Positions 38,750 through 53,500 of a stretch of 64,000 nt of DNA are shown piece by piece. A model generated the notes under the pieces. That model did no database searches. It had not been told where the DNA came from and saw nothing but the letters and a program-made list of their open reading frames with translations. Source of the DNA: Tubiluchus corallicola (Eukaryota > Animalia > Priapulida); contig JAQGDQ010000460.1 of the NCBI GenBank assembly GCA_030141605.1, positions 118,238 through 182,237 on the forward strand, read 5' to 3'. The first letter of the stretch is position 1; each line of letters starts with the position of its first letter. A program made the position numbers and the translations under genes.

Positions 38750-41700
38750 GTAAGTATAGACAGGAGAAAGTAACTGTTGCAAAGCAGCAACATCATTACC
38801 ATCACTGGCATCATCAACATTTTCATTGTCACCATCATTGGCATCATCATATCATCATCATCATCATCATCATCATCATCTCTATCATCATCATTATCAT
38901 CATTGCCATTCGTCATTTTCATCATCGTCAACATTTTCATCGTCACAATCATTGGCACCATCATCATTGTCATCATCATCATCATCATCATCATCTCTAG
39001 CATCATCATTATCATCACTGCCATTTGTCATTTTCATCATCAGTGTCATCATCATCATTGTCATCATCATCATCATCATCTCTATCATCATCATTGTCAT
39101 TCGTCATTTTCATCATCGTCAACATTGTTTTCATCATCGTCATCATAATCATCATTATCATCATCAATGTCTTTGTCACTGCACAGTTTTTTGCTTTATC
39201 TTGGTCACTACAATAGGATTATCACCTCCATCACCACCACCACCATCGTCATCATGATGATCATCATCATCATCATAGTCGTTATTTCTTTATTTCATCT
39301 CCATATTGCATTTTCTTTCGCAACTCACAATAGCGAGCGTGTCGTCTCATCTTATTTCACAAGTTGGTAAAGCAGTTTGCACAGGTTTCACTGTTTCATT
39401 ATATAATGTATACTAATGTTTATTGAGCCTGCAACATGAAGAAATAAAAACATTGATCCTGTGCATAGGATGGAGCGATTCAAACGTAGTAGGCACGATC
39501 ATACCAAGAAAAACAACACAATACAAACAAATCCACAATGATAATAAAAGCACAATTATAACAAAAGCACAGTAATAACATAAAACAACAATAGTAAGAA
39601 TTCATTTTGTAGGTTGCGAGTTCAATTTAAAGTTATTCGCTTTCCTGTATCTCTTCCCTTTTCTTACTGATGTCATATATAAAATTTATTACCATAACAA
39701 AAGCACAATACTAACAAAAGCACAATAACACAAAAACAACATTAGTAAGAATACATTTTGCAGGCTGCGAGTTCAATTTAAAGTTATTCACTATCCTGTA
39801 TCTCTTCCCTTTTCTTACTGATGTCGTATATAAAATTTATCACTAAGTTTCTCATCTCTACATCATTTAGGCCATTAATAAGCATAAACTGTTTCACTTA
39901 CAGACATTTCTGCAAAAGGAGGAAATATTTTTAGACTATTTTCAGATACAAGTTTTCTCTCATTTTGATAAGCAGGACATGTCACACAAAAATGCATTTA
40001 ATCTTCCACTTGATTCATCTCACACATTTTACATATTCTTTGGCGAGCAGATATTTTTGATACCTTCCCTTCTCAATATCCAATGTATTAATGAAAAGTT
40101 GGTATATCCAATGTATTAATGAGAAGTTGGTATATCCAATGTATTAATGAGAAGTTGGTATATCCAGTGTATTAATGAGAAGTTGGTACATCCAATGTAT
40201 TAATGAGAAGTTGGTATATCCAATGTATTAATGAGAAGTTGGTATATCCAATGTATTAATGAGAAGTTGGTATATCCAATGTATTAATGAGAAGTTGGTA
40301 TATCCAATGTATTAATAAGAAGTTGGTATATCCAATGTATTAATGAGACGTTGGTATATCCAATGTATTAATGAGAAGTTGGTATATCCAATGTATTAAT
40401 GAGAATTTGGTATATCCAATGTATTAATGAGAAGTTGGTATATCCAATGTATTAATGAGAATTTGGTATATCCAATGTATTAATGAGAAGTTGGTATATC
40501 CAATGTATTAATGAGAGGTTGGTGTATCCAATGTATTAATGAGACGTTGGTATATCCAATGTGTTAATGAGAAGTTGGTATATCCAATGTATTAATGAGA
40601 TGTTGGTATATCCAATGTATTAATGAGAAGTTGGTATATCCAATGTATTAATGAGAAGTTGGTATATCCAATGTATTAATGAGAAGTTGGTATATCCAAT
40701 GTATTAATGAGACGTTGGTATATCCAATGTATTAATGAGAAGTTGGTATATCCAATGTATTAATGAGAAGTTGGTATATCCAATGTATTAATGAGAAGTT
40801 GGTATATCCAATGAGAAGTTGGTATGTGTTATGACTGTGTTTGATGGTTAACAATACCAAAGGTGACTGTGTTTTGAAAAGCACAACGTGTAAACTTTTC
40901 ACATAGTAGGCTAAATTTTTGATTATTTTTGCTTGATGCAAAATGTACATGCAGAAAACTATACTGGGTGTTTTTATTTGTTAATGTTCTAAAAATGTTG
41001 AGTGTAGCACAAGCCAGAATGTAGCATTCAGTTGCAGGGTTTCGTATTAAACCTGACTAGTCATATGGCTACTTAATTAACAAGGAAGCAATGCAGGTAG
41101 TCGTTGATCTACGATCTACGCATCTTGCGACCGTTTCACTTTACGAACCGATGACCACTCAATTAATTAATTATACAAAACTAATTGTAACTCTTATTTC
41201 CTTCCATTTTTTCAGCAAATTAATTTTAAATCGTTATCTATTTCGATAAAATTCATCCGCAGGCACCGCCATACTTAGTGCGCGTATCTTGCGTGCAGGG
41301 GCATACCATATGCACATTAGAGGTTCGGAAAAGACTGTAGTCATAAGACTACTTGTATGGCGAATGATCAGCCAAAAACAGTTTTCTAGACCAAATCCAT
41401 TTAACGACCAGGCGCAGTGTCACTTAATTTCCTCGCATGACCACACAGATATTTCCCTTACATGAAAAGTATGACAATATTTTGTCAATAAAAATCCCCG
41501 TCCGTTTTTTTATTACTGAAGCTTATTTTTAACTTATTATTTATTCCTTTTTTACTTCTTTGTGTAGGTTTTTGGCAACACAAATGGGTAACAAATTTGA
41601 CCATTTCGCCGACGCCCTTTTTTCCAGTTTAGTCGCCCTAATACCGAACAGCGCAAAGGTGATGGCTTCATCGGGAGTCATCGCGCTCAGGTTCATCATA

Positions 41701-44541
41701 CAGGTAAGCCATGAATGAATTTACTATGCTCACCTATGTTCATGAATTTACTATGCTCACCTATGTGATTGGAATAATTTTTGACTGAAGATGCCTGGAT
41801 TAGACCCAACAAGAGGCCCGTATGAATTATAAACTTACTGACTTATTTTACATTTTAATTTAGTTATGCATTAGTAGTCTTGCAAACTTAACTGACCATC
41901 CAAGAAAAAACTTGGAGTGACCTTAGGCTCTACCAGTAGTTTTCTAGTCCTTTTTTTCTAGAACGCAGACTAAACTATATACATTAATTTAGTCTTAAAT
42001 ATTTCGTCATTTCGTATAGACAAAATTCGTATAAATTGCATAGATAGTGTCAGCGATATTTCCGTTTTCTTAAATGCTTGAGTGTTTGGAGACATTTATT
42101 ATGCTTATTTCTTTTACAGCATACACTTTCACCCAAGCTAGTACCTTTACTCGTTAGTCAACTATCGTCCAAGTCAAAAGAAATAAGAAGGTATATTATG
42201 GTTTCTTTTCTTTACGATTTTTACGATTGAATTAAAACAAAAAACTGCGCTCGCAAATAAAAAGTTTTCGAATTATGTTCCTCTATATTTTGATCCTAAT
42301 CACTTTGATCCAGGGATGAGAATTTTTCGCGGATACGCGGAATTCCTGGTTTTCGGAAGACCAGTAGTGCCATTTTTGTAAATCGTGTAAATTCGTTGAG
42401 AAAATTTTTACGCACCCAGTACATTATTTCACAAGCTGACTGCTAGGTGGCAGGCCGTCACTTTGTTTACATCACGTACATCAGTGTAACCACGTGTATA
42501 TCTCTATGTATAAAAATATAGAATCAATTGTGCAAGAGTTATTTGAGTCAATTGCAGACAGTTTTTATATACTTTTGCCAAGGAGCAGCTAGTACTTAGA
42601 CGTTTTTGAGACGATTAGGTATCATGTATCCTTGATAATTGGGTATTTTAAATTATGCACGAAACAAGGTATTTGATATTTTAAGTCCACTTAGAGGTTC
42701 TCTATGGCCTACGCGGCCCCCAAACCCCCGGCCTGTTTCAGAGTTTTTTGCAATTTGTCATTCTCATCCCTGATTATAGGTAGATTTCTTACCTTGGTAC
42801 TTTTCACTATGATGTTCAAGCCTGATATTACAGGACTTAAGCTCTTCTTGGTAAAGTTGTACCAACACCCATGCTAATTCCCTGCCAGAAGCTCCTGTCG
42901 CTATCATATTACAGTCAACCCTCGTTAAACCGGACTAATGGGGGGGGGGCTCCTGTTTAGCCGATTGTCCGATTTATCCGATATGCCTGTATATGATCTA
43001 TATTATACAGGAATATATTATACAGGAATAATCACCTTAATAAGGCCTACATGCATTGCAATATATACTGTGCACTATATACTATACTGTATATTACTTT
43101 AAAATAGTTAACCTGTGAGGATAAAGAAATTAGCGAGTGCTTTCGATGGGGTAAGCAAACTGAATTTTGGCGGGAATGATAGCAGCTTAGGCGGCACCAT
43201 GAGCCTCTCTGGCCCGTCAATGGCTCGTGGTGAGTTGGTAGGCCGTGTTCTGTTTAGCGCTCCGGCTCGGACGGAAATCGGTCAGTTTCCTTTACCACGG
43301 ATGACGTCCGTCTTATCCGATATCTGGGCTAACGGGGTCCGGTTTAACAAGGGTCGACTGTAATTAGAAACTGCAAAGACACACTCGACAGAAAGATTAG
43401 GGAGACTTCTGATCTCCTCTTCAAATTTACTGTGACTGGGGAATGATTTTTGCAAGTTTATTTGGAAGAAAACAATTTAAATAGAATTTCATTAAATTTT
43501 ACTTCAGCAATATTAATGAAAGAATTTGCATATCATACTTTATGTATTAATACAAAAATACACTAGATTTTACTGCAACAAGTCTGACTATATGCTTTAC
43601 TTATGCAGTCTTATGCAATGGTAATATATGGCCTCCAATCAATTATAATGCAATTTTAATTAGCTCTATGTAAATTAAACATACACTGTTGTCGTTTCTT
43701 CTCCTCTTTTCCTTCTTCCTATCCCTAATCTTACTATTTTTTCCATTCCATCATGTCTACTAACCCTAACCATTCTTTCATTCACTCATCCTCCCCTCCC
43801 TTCTTTCTTCCTATCCCTAAACTTACTATTTTTTTCCATTCCATCATGTCTACTAACCCTAACCATTCTTTCATTCACTCATTCTCCCCTCCCTTCCTTC
43901 TTCCTATCCCCAAGCTTACTATTTTTTCCACTCCATCATGTCTACTAACCCTAACCATTCTTTCATTCACTCATTTGTGCCACCCTAACAAGCCAAGCTT
44001 TCAAGGTGTCATACAGCAACTCTTTTATTTGGTTAATTTGACTTCATCAACGTTTTTTTACCTATACTGTTTCTTTTTGTTTCAATAATATTGTATGTTG
44101 ATGTATTGTATATGTATTGCTGGAGTGAAATAAATTGATTGATTTGATTTGACTTACGTGGTAGATTTCAGCATGAAAGCTGCAGAACCATTCCAACTAG
44201 TTAAAACATCGTTGAAGGCACTTTGATTGTATTAATAGTGATGAAAAGTACTTATAATGTATAATGTAAGTAAACTGAAACAATACTTTATTTTTAGACA
44301 ATGTGCAGAGATGCTGGATCAGATGCTACACACGTGGCCAACGCACGCGTTGGAGCGCCACATCGCTGCATTGCAGGAGGCGATAAAAAAGGGCATCTCC
44401 GACGCCGACCCGGACGCACGCGTGCATTCGCGACGGTAATAACCGTGTCGTTTATACGTTTCTGCATAGATTTTATGTTAAGAAATTTTATATTATTCAT
44501 CCCGTGGGCTTACGTGTATTCTGTTTTTCACATACAATAAC

Positions 44542-44583
<42 letters not shown>

Positions 44584-47500
44584 CTTTTTACTTATCTTGC
44601 AACACACGCACAATTATAATACAATTAATTTGGAAACAAAAATGTGAAGAAAGGGCAGCAAAAGACCAATTGGTCATCTAGTCAGCTGCCCTTTGGTTAG
44701 TCATGAACATTTTTTTATAGGCACTATGCTACAGTGTATTAGTGTTAGTACTGCTTATAATAAAAACTAAATTGTTATGAATGACATTAAATTGATATGC
44801 TTATAACGTGTTAGTACAATTCATACACAGTAATAGTAAGTGCATAATAAAAAAAATCAAACTGAAAATAACTGAAATAAAACTGAAATGAAATGAACTG
44901 AAACAAGAACTGAAATAAAAATCTGACAACAGAAACATAATAACAATGGCAACTGAAATAGACTTTATAACACAAGCATAATTCTTAGACATAAGCAAAC
45001 GAATGTATAATGGAGTCGTAATGATATCTTATAATACCTTCTTACTGTAGGGCTTTCTGGGGTTTTGCGGATCATTTCAAGGATCAGGCCGATAGGTTGT
45101 TGCAATCACTCGACGCCAGCAAACAGAAGTTACTGCAAGGTGAACTTAGTAACAGTTCAAGCACCAACTCGCTAAGCAGTGCCGGACGTGTGTCGTCTCG
45201 TTACGGTAGATCCAGTGTCAGTTCCAAGGAGAACTTGACAGGATCCGCTTCTCGGCGCCCACGAGGGAGCAGCACCAGTCGTACTATTGGTAGCCCTGCC
45301 AGCAGTGACTATGGTAATTCTTTTTTGTAAAGTTACCTTTCGGGTGTGCAATGTATTTTGTGCACATTACGTGGACTACTTGAAGAATGAGGATTTTTTG
45401 AACACGTAATTTTGGTCTTGATTGAGGCGCTGTATCTGCCTAATGTTTTGTAATGAGTAATATATATTGTAAATTGCTTTTTTTGCTTTTGTATGTGGGT
45501 TGACGCTGTTTCACTTGCACTGGTGTTTGGTTTGTTTTTTCTGCAATGTGGTGGAGTTTTATAGAGAATGTTTAATTCTGAAATTAATGCATGCGTAGGT
45601 GATGGTCGACCGGGCATGGTTCGTGCACCCCGCTCTAACAGCGCTATTGACGCCAGTGCCGTGCAACGTGCTCGAGTGAGAGCTGGCGGAGTCGGTTCAC
45701 GGTTTGAGAAGACTTCTAATTACTCTTCTTTACGTAAGTGGTCTTTGCATTAGCCGAGGAGTTGTGGATTTGTGCTGTCACTGATATTGCACTGTCGCAG
45801 CTTATCTAATGTTATTGTATTCCCTTATGTTATTTTCCGTATTGGTAAAATCATTTCTCAATGTTATGATGGTTTTTATTGATTTCAAAAGAAACTTCAT
45901 CTTTTAATTCTGGAAGATGATCTTTATATTCAGACTTGCGATTTGAAAAAAAAACATTCTGTTCATTTGCCGTTTCTTTTCCGTATCTGTTGTTTTATTT
46001 ACGATTTTTCTCATTTCTGCATCAGTGGCTTTACTTATGGCTTGTTTTGTTCTGCATGCAGAGACGGATGTTGGTGGCAAGAAAGCTGAGATTATGTCTT
46101 GCATGTAGATACAAGGTTCCATTAATACATATATGTAGAAAACTTGGCTAAGTAACGGTTAAACGATTAGCAATGTTCTAAACAGTTACACCAGTTGGCA
46201 GTTTTTTAAACAGTTAACCATATCATTTGCATAGCATGTTATGTTCTTATTTTTGCAGCTCGTTCAGCAAAGCAGGATGAACGTGGACGATCCAAAGCGT
46301 CGCATTCACAACGTAAGATGGCAGCGTTTTGTAACTTTGTGAACAAGCTGTTCTTGATCAGAGTTTACTGTTGTTCACACTTGAGAGTGCTTTTAATTTC
46401 CGGAAATCAATCTATTCTTAAACAGGGAAATTTTATTAGTAGCGAAATCTGTTAAATTGTGTGTGCATATTTTCATTCAGCTTTTTGAACATGTCTCAAG
46501 TAAGAGTTGTTAGTTATAACAATAGCAGTTTTTGCCAATTTTGATCTGTGTCTTGGCACTTATATTTATATATCTCTTAGCACTCCTTTGCACTCTTGTG
46601 TTATGCTACCAGCTGTATACAAACTCTCTTGTTTACTATGTATTTTTGCGCCGAATCTGCTTACAGAACTGGCAGAAATTCATTTCAAATTTCGTGCACT
46701 TGTTTAATACGTTGTTTTGTTTGCACAGCGGGCAGTCGGTCAAATTCGCCGTCGTCGCGCTTCAGCTACCAGACGTACACGGGCGGACCGAGCAGCGAGA
46801 GAAAACCCCGCAGGTCGGGGATACCTCGCAGCACGGGAACTAGTCGTGACAACAGCCCCAATCGTCTGAATAGTAGTTACGGCCGAGAGAGGAGACTTAG
46901 TGGCAGTACGGCATCTGGATCGCGGCCAGGCAGGGTGAACAAAAGTGAGTGGTTTATGAACAGATGATTGTCAGCGCTTGAATATGTGATCCTAGCTGAT
47001 CCTTGAACATGTGATCCTAGCTGATCCTTGAATATGTGATCCTAGCTGATCCTTGAATATGTGATCCTAGCTGATCCTTGAACATGTGATCCTAGCTGAT
47101 CCTTGAATATGTGATCCTAGCTGATCCTTGAATATGTGATCCTAGCTGATCCTTGAATACGTGATCCTAGCATGTTTGATAATTAATAGCAAGAATATTT
47201 GTTAAAAATCGCTCAATCATTTTGGTGGTTGTAATTGTCAAGACTTAAGTAGTCATAAGTCATAAGTCATTTATTTCACATTACACATTTACAATAGTTT
47301 CATGTACAATATCTAGTGAAAGCGCTTACAATGAACGTAATACAAATAAGACTGCACAGGAAAAGCCTCAAACACTGGTCACTTATATGCAAAGGTAAAT
47401 GTGTTGCGGGCAATCAAAAAGCAGGGCTTGTTAGATTGTCCCACACAGTGATAGAAAAAAAAGTAATGGAAATAATCTGAAAATTTAAAGTGAATCGTAA

Positions 47501-50500
47501 TAAAAAACATTAGTGCTTAAAATGGAATGATGTAATGAATGAAGCTCATATATGGGATGATATAAAAGATAGAAAGACTATTATTTGTTAATAGTACGTA
47601 AAATTAAGATAACTTGATTAAGCTAACACCACTGTTTTGCAGCTGTGGTCACTTTGTCATTTTGACTTTGTCATTTTACGTACTGTTTATGTATAAACTT
47701 TATTTATTTTGAGTGGATATTCAACACAGTAGGATCTATAACTGATCACACTATTCCCACTACATGTAGTACATTTTAAAGACAGATATATATACAATTA
47801 GTTCGAGCTTATAATTACACATACGGTTAGTTCAAAAATACGAGTAGTTTATTAGTTAACACTTAATTGAATTATAGAAAACCAATAGGGCAGATATAAT
47901 AACAGAAACTATTATCTGTCTGCTTCAGTTCATAAGCCCATACAAAAGTACAACTGGCATTTAATACACAAATGCCTACCGTTTAACGGAAGCTCGTTCC
48001 GGCGTATTTTTTCTTGACAACTTATTTCAAATGGCTACTGATTTACTGATTACATAATGTTTTTTTATTTAGCACCAAGTGGCAATGCTAATGTATTGGC
48101 ACAGCGAGAATTGATACCGGGAAAGGAGTCAGAGACGGCGCTACACGATGCACTGGTAAGCCGTTGGTGGCATTTGTTTGTAATTCTGAAATGTTGCATT
48201 TGTTTTTTGTTACTGGTTAATATTACAAACACGGTATTCGTGCTTGGAAAAAATATCTATGAGGATTTATGACATTAGCATCATAAATAAGAAAAAAACT
48301 TCATTTAACCCAGGGGTGTGCAAATTATCTGACTAGCCGGGCCACATTAAACTTTTCCTGCGGGCCACAGGCAGTTTGATCAAGGAGCCAAGTACAGAAA
48401 GGCCTAATAACGATTTTTTTGCATTCGACCTGCGTACGTCATTACTACTACACTCAAGAAACTATTTTAGAAGTTATTAAAATTTATATTACAAACCATA
48501 TATTTCTACTTTCAGGACAGATAGTGGTAATTTCATTACGATGCATATTAGTAATGTGTATTACACAGTCTGTGTAGTACAGTGACATTAAGCTACAACC
48601 GTCTTGTAAGGGTTAATGGCATCCGATTTAGTAGAAAAAACTACCCGCACTATCTTTGGGATGGTGGCGCGGACTTCAGCTGGATACACTTAATTAATCA
48701 CCCAGGCCGCACTTTCATTAGGTAGACAAATCTCTTCGCGGGCCGCACAAATTCTCTCGGCGGGCCGCAAGTGGCCCGCGGGCCGCAATTTGCACACCCC
48801 TGATTTAACCATTAATGTATAACTGTGTATGAAAAAATGTGAACTTAACCTGCTAAGTTGGCTACATACTAGGTAATTACTGCCGATTCAAGCAAAATGG
48901 AGGAGTGTTAATTGTACATTTACATTTACACATTTACAATTGTGATTGATTGCGATTCAGTTTTAAATTTTTGTCTCATTATCGTGATGCAGTTACAAAA
49001 AACAGAAATACTGTCATGCTACCCGCGTGTACTTAACCAAAATTGTTCATTAAATAAAAGTAATAGTTCCTATAAAACAAATGCAAAGTTCTAAGGAGTA
49101 TAAGTCTTCGTCTCCAATTAAATGTTCTCCAAAAATTTCTAGTTGGCAATTTAGTACAGCCATTTTTTGTATATACTTAGGTGATCATTTTTGGTATGTA
49201 CATTGAGCTAGGTAATAACTTACGTTATGCATTACGGTATTACAGCTTAGATGTTGTTATGCAATCATATACTCTTATGTGTAGCTTGTACATCGAGGAC
49301 TAACCTTCGGTTTTAAAATTGTAATAATAAACTTTATTGATATGATACCTTGATATGATAAACAATATAGATATATGTTTATCATATCAAGGTATCATAT
49401 TAATTAATATATATTGAGCATAAATTAGCCCCTAATTTGATTTTTCAAATAAGTGAGTTAAATATTTCGTTGAACATCAAAATTTTAACAATATAGCTGC
49501 TCATAATTGAAGCTATAATGCTTAAATTATACAGAAAGTGCTATAATCTCATACTAACCTGCACAGTTTCAAAGCACACTATCTATCTTTTTATACACAC
49601 AGGTTAAAGTTTAAGCAAAATTCACCCATAAAAATACAGTTTAGCAAAGCTAGTTATGTATATAGTTAGTTAAAATTAGAAATTTGTAGTTATCCAACGA
49701 TTGTGAATTTTGATATTATTTTAATAACGATACTTGTATATCATTATTGAACAAACTACTGAAGTAAAATTTAAAAAAAAAGACAAGAAAAAATATTACA
49801 CTTACATAATATAAATTACAGTATCTAATAATATATCCAAATTTCTAAAAACATACCAGATGTATTTTATTTAGACAAAAGTAAAAGTAATCGTCTTAAA
49901 AATGCCGCACACATAACATTTACTGTACGCGAAATAAAAGCAGGCAGTGAGTTTTGACAGTAAAACTTTCCTTCATATGTGTCATTGTGTTAATAGAGCT
50001 CAGTAAACACATTCAGTTTAAATGCTTACAGTACCTGATGAAGTGTATGTGATTTGTTGCATTATAGTGTGTTTATTTACTTTATAGGTTTTACATGTCA
50101 AATGTAGACGTGCGTTAACTCAAATGTAGATTTAGGTAGTTCAATTGTGTCTTGGTAACTCAAACGTAGACATAGGTAGTTCAAATGTGTTAACAATGGT
50201 TTTCAAGAAATCTTAAGCGTTTTTGGTAAGTCAAATGTAGACACATGTCAAGTCAAATGTCCTATGTCTACATTTGACTTACCTAAGTCACATTTAAACT
50301 TTCCTGTGTCCACATTTGACTTGTAAAACCTATATTATCTTTGAATTATGGCATTTATTATTCTTGTTTGCAGACCCGCAAAGGTGCCGGTAGACGGCGC
50401 TACGACAACAATTACCACTCCGACGATGAGAGCGAGACGTCAAGCATCTGTTCTGAGCGATCGTTCGGTTCCTACACCCGAGGTTCGGATGTAAGTATAC

Positions 50501-53500
50501 TTCTGTGAATTTTTGAAATGTGTGGTTTCCCCGTTTAGTGTACCGTAATTTCTGACCCATATTCTCCGAGTGCAGTTATCATGTTAACGTGGCGATGGGT
50601 TTTATTTTTCTGTTCTCGATTTTTTCCATCTCTTCTTAATAAATGGACGTACCTAAAGCTACAACTCCGTGTGAACGTAATGCATAATGCGTGATCTGTG
50701 ATCCGTAATGCGTGATGTGCATTGACTGTCTCCATCTGTCTGTAAACGCTAAGCGTATTAACAAAGCTCACGGCGCTCTTTCCACCATTTTTGATTTCGT
50801 GAAAATTGCAAGCGGTAATCTTTGGAAAACATGTCTCTGTCGAAACTTAAGCGTGATAATTACAGCTTAGCTTATTATTGTACTATTAGACCAAAAAGTT
50901 CAAAAGAAGCTCATGTTTGGGGTGTACAACATTTTGCAGGGAGGTGGGGGCACAATTTGGCAGGTATCATCATTTAGTGAAAGAACTGCAGTTAGATGCA
51001 CAACACGTAACTACATGATTCTTCCACCTCTCAAAAACTCAAATAGAAATATTATTGTTTGTAGGTCCTAAAGTGACCAAAACTCACCTAACTAGAATTT
51101 TGAGAAAGCTAAATAGCGGAAATAGTCACCGGAAACTTGAAAACTATCTAAAATCACCTAGGCAACGGCGGTTTCCCTTTTGCACATTGCTGCGTGATGC
51201 GTATTCGGACGATAGCGATCATGTTTGAATGAATACGGATTACGTGCACATGGGAGTCGTACCCTAACTCTTTTCACAGCTAAATATCCTTATATGAATG
51301 TCGCATTTTCTAATCCCAAAAGTTCTACACGTTTCTTCCCTGTTAAAAATATTTACCGTTATGTTTTCATGCAAAACAGAAAGCTGACAGAGGAGAGAAA
51401 GTGAGCAAGGTAAAGGTTTCATGAGTAGTTTTTGCTTATGGTTGTCTCTAAACACTCACTTTATTTTGCAACATGAGAACCGTCAGAGATTGTGGCTATG
51501 TATGTGTCGTTGTAAAAGGGTTGGTTTGTGACCTATGGTTTGTACAGCACATTTCTGCAAACCATTTTGCAAAGTTCCGAGAAGACATCGCGCACTTTTC
51601 ACGTAATTTTATTAATTGGGTATGAATATCTATAGCTTAAATTAGTGACTACATATGACTGCCACAAGTGCATTTAAAAATCTGGCACCATTTTGCAATC
51701 AAATGCAACCCAAAAAAATCACTCGGTTGTCATAGCAACACCAACTTTACCAATGCCCAGTCTGCATTGTGTTCTTACTTGTTGAAGCTACAAGACAACG
51801 TGTGCACGGGGCTGCATGCTACAAATACCTTAGCAACCACTGTTACAGCTAGCTGTGGCTAGACAACGCATGCACGGGGTTGCATGCTACAAATACCTTA
51901 GCAACCACTGTTACAGCTAGCTGTGGCAAGACAATGCATGCACGGGGCTGCATGATGCAAATACCTTAGCAACCACTGTTACAGCTAGCTGTGGCTTGAC
52001 AATGCATGCACGGGGCTGCATGCTACAAATACCTTAGCAACCACTGTTACACCTCGCTGTGGCAAGACAACGCATGCACGGGGTTGCATGCTACAAATAC
52101 CTTAGCAACCACTGTTACAGCTAGCTGTGGCTTGACAACGCATGCACGGGGCTGCATGCTACAAATACCTTAGCAACCACTGTTACACCTAGCTGTGGCA
52201 AGACAACGCATGCACGGGGTTGCATGCTACAAATACCTTAGCAACCACTGTTACAGCTAGCCATGGCTTGACAACGTATGCATGTGGTTGCATGCTACAA
52301 ATACCTTAGCAACCACTGTTACAGCTAGCTGTGGCAAGACAACGTATGCACGGGGTTGCATGCTACAAATACCTTAGCAACCACTGCTACAGCTAGCTGT
52401 GGCAAGACAACGCATGCACGGGGTTGCATGCTACAAATACCTTAGCAACCACTGCTACAGCTAGCTGTGGCAAGACGACGCATGCACGGGGCTGCATGCT
52501 ACAAATACCTTAGCAACCACTGTTACACCTAGCTGTGGCAAGACAACGCATGCACAGGGTTTCATATTACAAATACCTTAGCAACCACTGCTACAGCTAG
52601 CTGTGGCAAGACAACGCATGCACGGGGTTGCATGCTACAAATACCTTAGCAACCACTGTTACAGCTAGCTGTGGCAAGACAATGCATGCACGGGGTTGCA
52701 TATTACAAATACCTTAGCAACCACTGTTACACCTAGCTGTGGCTTGACAACACATGCACGGGGCTGCATGATGCAAATACCTTAGCAACCACTGCTACAG
52801 CTAGCTGTGGCTAGACAATGCATGCACGGGGTTGCATATTACAAATACCTTAGCAACCACTGTTACAGCTAGCTGTGGCTTGACAACGCATGCACGGGAT
52901 TGCATGCTACAAATACCTTAGCAACCACTGTTACACCTAGCTGTGGCAAGACAACGCATGCACGGGCTGCATGCTGCAAATACCTTAGCAACCACTGTTA
53001 CACCTAGCTGTGGCAAGATAACGCATGCACGGGGTTGCATGCTACAAATACCTTAGCAAACACTGTTACAGCTAGCCGTGGCTTGACAACGTATGCACGC
53101 GGTTGCATGCTACAAATACCTTAGCAACCACTGTTACAGCTAGCTGTGGCAAGACAACGCATGCACGGGGTTGCATGCTACAAATACCTTAGCAACCACT
53201 GCTACAGCTAGCTGTGGCAAGACAACGCATGCACGGGGTTGCATGCTACAAATACCTTAGCAACCACTGCTACAGCTAGCTGTGGCAAGACAACGCATGC
53301 ACGGGGCTGCATGCTACAAATACCTTAGCAACCACTGTTACACCTAGCTGTGGCAAGACAACGCATGCACAGGGTTTCACATTACAAATACCTTAGCAAC
53401 CACTGCTACAGCTAGCTGTGGCAAGACAACGCATGCACGGGGTTGCATGCTACAAATACCTTAGCAACCACTGTTACAGCATGCACGGGGTTGCATATTA

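Noticed and set aside
37481-39370. Asn/Tyr-, His-, Ser- and Ile-rich ORFs
   Set aside because: Low-complexity repeats; only 38604-38749 is a real (CLASP) exon
43115-43363. GC-rich 82-aa ORF
   Set aside because: Internal to a pogo-type MITE; no splice signals or protein motif recognised
43760-43960. Telomere-like TAACCCTAACC motif
   Set aside because: Under two units per 92-bp repeat; not an interstitial telomere array
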